DNA of 17,231 nucleotides from a bacterium (GTDB lineage Bacteria; Zhuqueibacterota; Zhuqueibacteria; Oceanimicrobiales; Oceanimicrobiaceae): NCBI GenBank assembly GCA_046757025.1, contig JBHHXN010000115.1, positions 1 to 17,231 of the forward strand, read 5' to 3'. Shown piece by piece: positions 15,324 to 17,231 of this stretch (position 1 is its first letter; each line of letters starts with the position of its first letter). The notes under the pieces were generated by a model. It saw only the letters and a program-made list of their open reading frames with translations, ran no database searches and was not told where the DNA came from. The position numbers and the translations under genes were made by a program.

Positions 15324-17231
15324 TCAGCGCAGTAAGGTCATTTTCTTCACCTGTGTAAAATCTCCTGCTTGCAGTTGGTATAAATACACGCCACTCGATA
15401 CAGGATTGCCATTTTCGTTATTGCCGTCCCAGCGGATGCTGTGATAACCTGCCGTGTATTGGCGGTCTGCAAGCTTGCGAATCTCCTGACCAAGGGTATT
15501 GAAGATTTTTAGCACCACATGCCTGGCCTCTGGAAGCTGAAATCGAATTGTGGTTTCGGGATTGAAGGGATTGGGATAATTCTGCCCTAAAGAAAACTCT
15601 GTTGGCAACACGTCTCTTGTTCCATCTCTTGGTACAGCAGTCGCATAATCGGGCACACGATGCGATATGACTAACGTACCCGGAATTCCAGCTTCTTCGG
15701 TACCCCAAAACGCATAGCTTTCAAAGGTATACTCGCTACCTTCTGGAACACTTTTATATCTAACTTCTATTAAGGTAACGTCTTCATTTTCACTTTGGTA
15801 ATTTTCTCGGATATCCGTAAACTGATGTGTTTTAACTTTTGCAGAAGCAGAGATAAGACCCCAGCTAAAACTACCGCTAACAGAAAAACTTGAAGACCAA
15901 TATCGGTACCTTTTTGTCCCAATACTTCGATAATCACTTTTTCCCCATATCCTTTCAACCGATGAGATAGCCGAGTTTAGTTCCTGGCTGAATGTTGGAA
16001 AAGCTAATTGATAGGCCAATGATACAGGACTTTCATTTGTTTGAAAATAGGAAGCTACATCTAATGGAGTATGACGAAGAAATGGCTCCATAAAATCTTC
16101 TAATGCCTGCCTCTCAGTTTCACCATACATCAACTGGTAATCTTCGATATAACTTTCCCATGGGTCGAGTTGCAGTCCGACCTCTTTAGGGATTAAAATA
16201 TAGAGCCACATTTCTTCCCCATCATCTCCCAATACCGGCTCGCCATTTTGCTGTTCAATTCGATATGGATATTGGTAGTATCCACTTTTGAGCCATAATA
16301 CCGCGTTCTGGTCGTTACTTACTTCCCACCCAGTTGCTGTAAAAATCCCTTTACGATATTCTGAATTATGTTCTACCGTATCGATGTATACTTTTTCGAA
16401 TCCTTCCTTAATTTTGAGCTTCCCAATACCAATACCACCCTCTACATTGTATGTATATCCCATCCCAGTACGGGACTGCACAGCGCAGAGACTATCGACA
16501 ATTTCCGCATAAAAAAGTTTAATATGCGTATCCTCTTGATTACTATTAATTCCCTCTTGGCATGGCGGTGCAGTAATAATGGCCACTGGTTTGCCAACAC
16601 CAGGCATCTTTTCTTTCGAGGTCGAGTCAATTTTTGATCCATGCAAACGGCACCAATAGGAATCATTGTTAATATCAGCTGCAACGATGACAGGTTTATC
16701 AAAACCCCACAAGTCATTAAATCCCGTTGTTAAGGGAGGTTCCTTTTTGAATTCGTCTTTTTCCCTGTCATAGTTGATTATGTAAAGCCCAGGCTTGTTG
16801 GTCATTGAATATATTTGGTTACTGTCATCACCCTTTGTATTCGCAATAATCATAGACACATCAAGGCCGGCATCTTCATCCGTAGTTGACACTCTTTCTT
16901 TCGGAAATTCAATGCCCTTGGCATCAAATGTATAAACCCAATTAAATAAGGTATTCACTCCGTTTTTCTTTCCTGACAAGGCAAATGCAATGTCGCAATA
17001 TCCGTTCAAATCTATATCCTGCATTTCTACATCCAGTTTGTAAGGACCGCCTCCATTGTGGTTCACCCACCAATTATCTGAATCTAACAACTTCCCATGC
17101 ATGGCATTTGCATCGCCTTCAAACGATACCTGACTCCATGACTGTGACTCGGTCTTGAAATCAAATATCTGCCCCATAAACTTATGCTCACCATGGTAGC
17201 CGAAAACAACAATCTCATCTCGGCCATCCCG
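15324..17231 (-). CDS. large secreted protein (5' truncated by the window) with FG-GAP/VCBS-like repeats, an unknown central domain and a C-terminal FlgD-Ig/T9SS-CTD-like domain
   Basis: The frame stays open to the window edge (RDGRDEIVVFGYHGEHKF before Met 17177). Repeats DGRDEIVV, DIDLNGYCDIAF, NTKGDDSNQIY, ADINNDS. C-terminal FSLGQNYPNPFNPETTIRFQLP...WDGNNENGNPVSSGVYLYQLQAGDFTQVKKMTLLR (15327-15596). Confidence 0.85.
   Translation of the reverse strand, partial: RDGRDEIVVFGYHGEHKFMGQIFDFKTESQSWSQVSFEGDANAMHGKLLDSDNWWVNHNGGGPYKLDVEMQDIDLNGYCDIAFALSGKKNGVNTLFNWVYTFDAKGIEFPKERVSTTDEDAGLDVSMIIANTKGDDSNQIYSMTNKPGLYIINYDREKDEFKKEPPLTTGFNDLWGFDKPVIVAADINNDSYWCRLHGSKIDSTSKEKMPGVGKPVAIITAPPCQEGINSNQEDTHIKLFYAEIVDSLCAVQSRTGMGYTYNVEGGIGIGKLKIKEGFEKVYIDTVEHNSEYRKGIFTATGWEVSNDQNAVLWLKSGYYQYPYRIEQQNGEPVLGDDGEEMWLYILIPKEVGLQLDPWESYIEDYQLMYGETERQALEDFMEPFLRHTPLDVASYFQTNESPVSLAYQLAFPTFSQELNSAISSVERIWGKSDYRSIGTKRYRYWSSSFSVSGSFSWGLISASAKVKTHQFTDIRENYQSENEDVTLIEVRYKSVPEGSEYTFESYAFWGTEEAGIPGTLVISHRVPDYATAVPRDGTRDVLPTEFSLGQNYPNPFNPETTIRFQLPEARHVVLKIFNTLGQEIRKLADRQYTAGYHSIRWDGNNENGNPVSSGVYLYQLQAGDFTQVKKMTLLR

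Overview
Chromosomal window from a diderm bacterium. Two proteins carry the 'QN[FY]PNPFNP' FlgD-Ig/T9SS-type C-terminal-domain module, which suggests an FCB-superphylum-like lineage such as KSB1, Calditrichota or Ignavibacteria (inference). On the + strand, in order: the tail of an AT-rich ORF (possibly a transposase), a PD40/TolB-like beta-propeller lipoprotein, a lipoprotein with an internally placed FlgD-Ig module, an ATGA-coupled uvrA - THEP1-type NTPase - TlpA-like (CxxW) run, a beta-CASP metallo-beta-lactamase nuclease ending in the sliding-clamp motif QLSLF, and a JAB/MPN-DinG helicase fusion. On the - strand: a REC / GAF-PAS-PAS hybrid kinase / REC cassette with no output domain, a stand-alone TAT Rieske protein with its own sigma70-like promoter, and the 3' part of an AT-rich FG-GAP-repeat secreted protein with a C-terminal FlgD-Ig domain. 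The most interesting candidate is an uncharacterised DNA-processing module: a putatively clamp-binding beta-CASP nuclease plus JAB-DinG, next to a possibly leaderless uvrA. All assignments come from reading motifs by eye; no searches were run.
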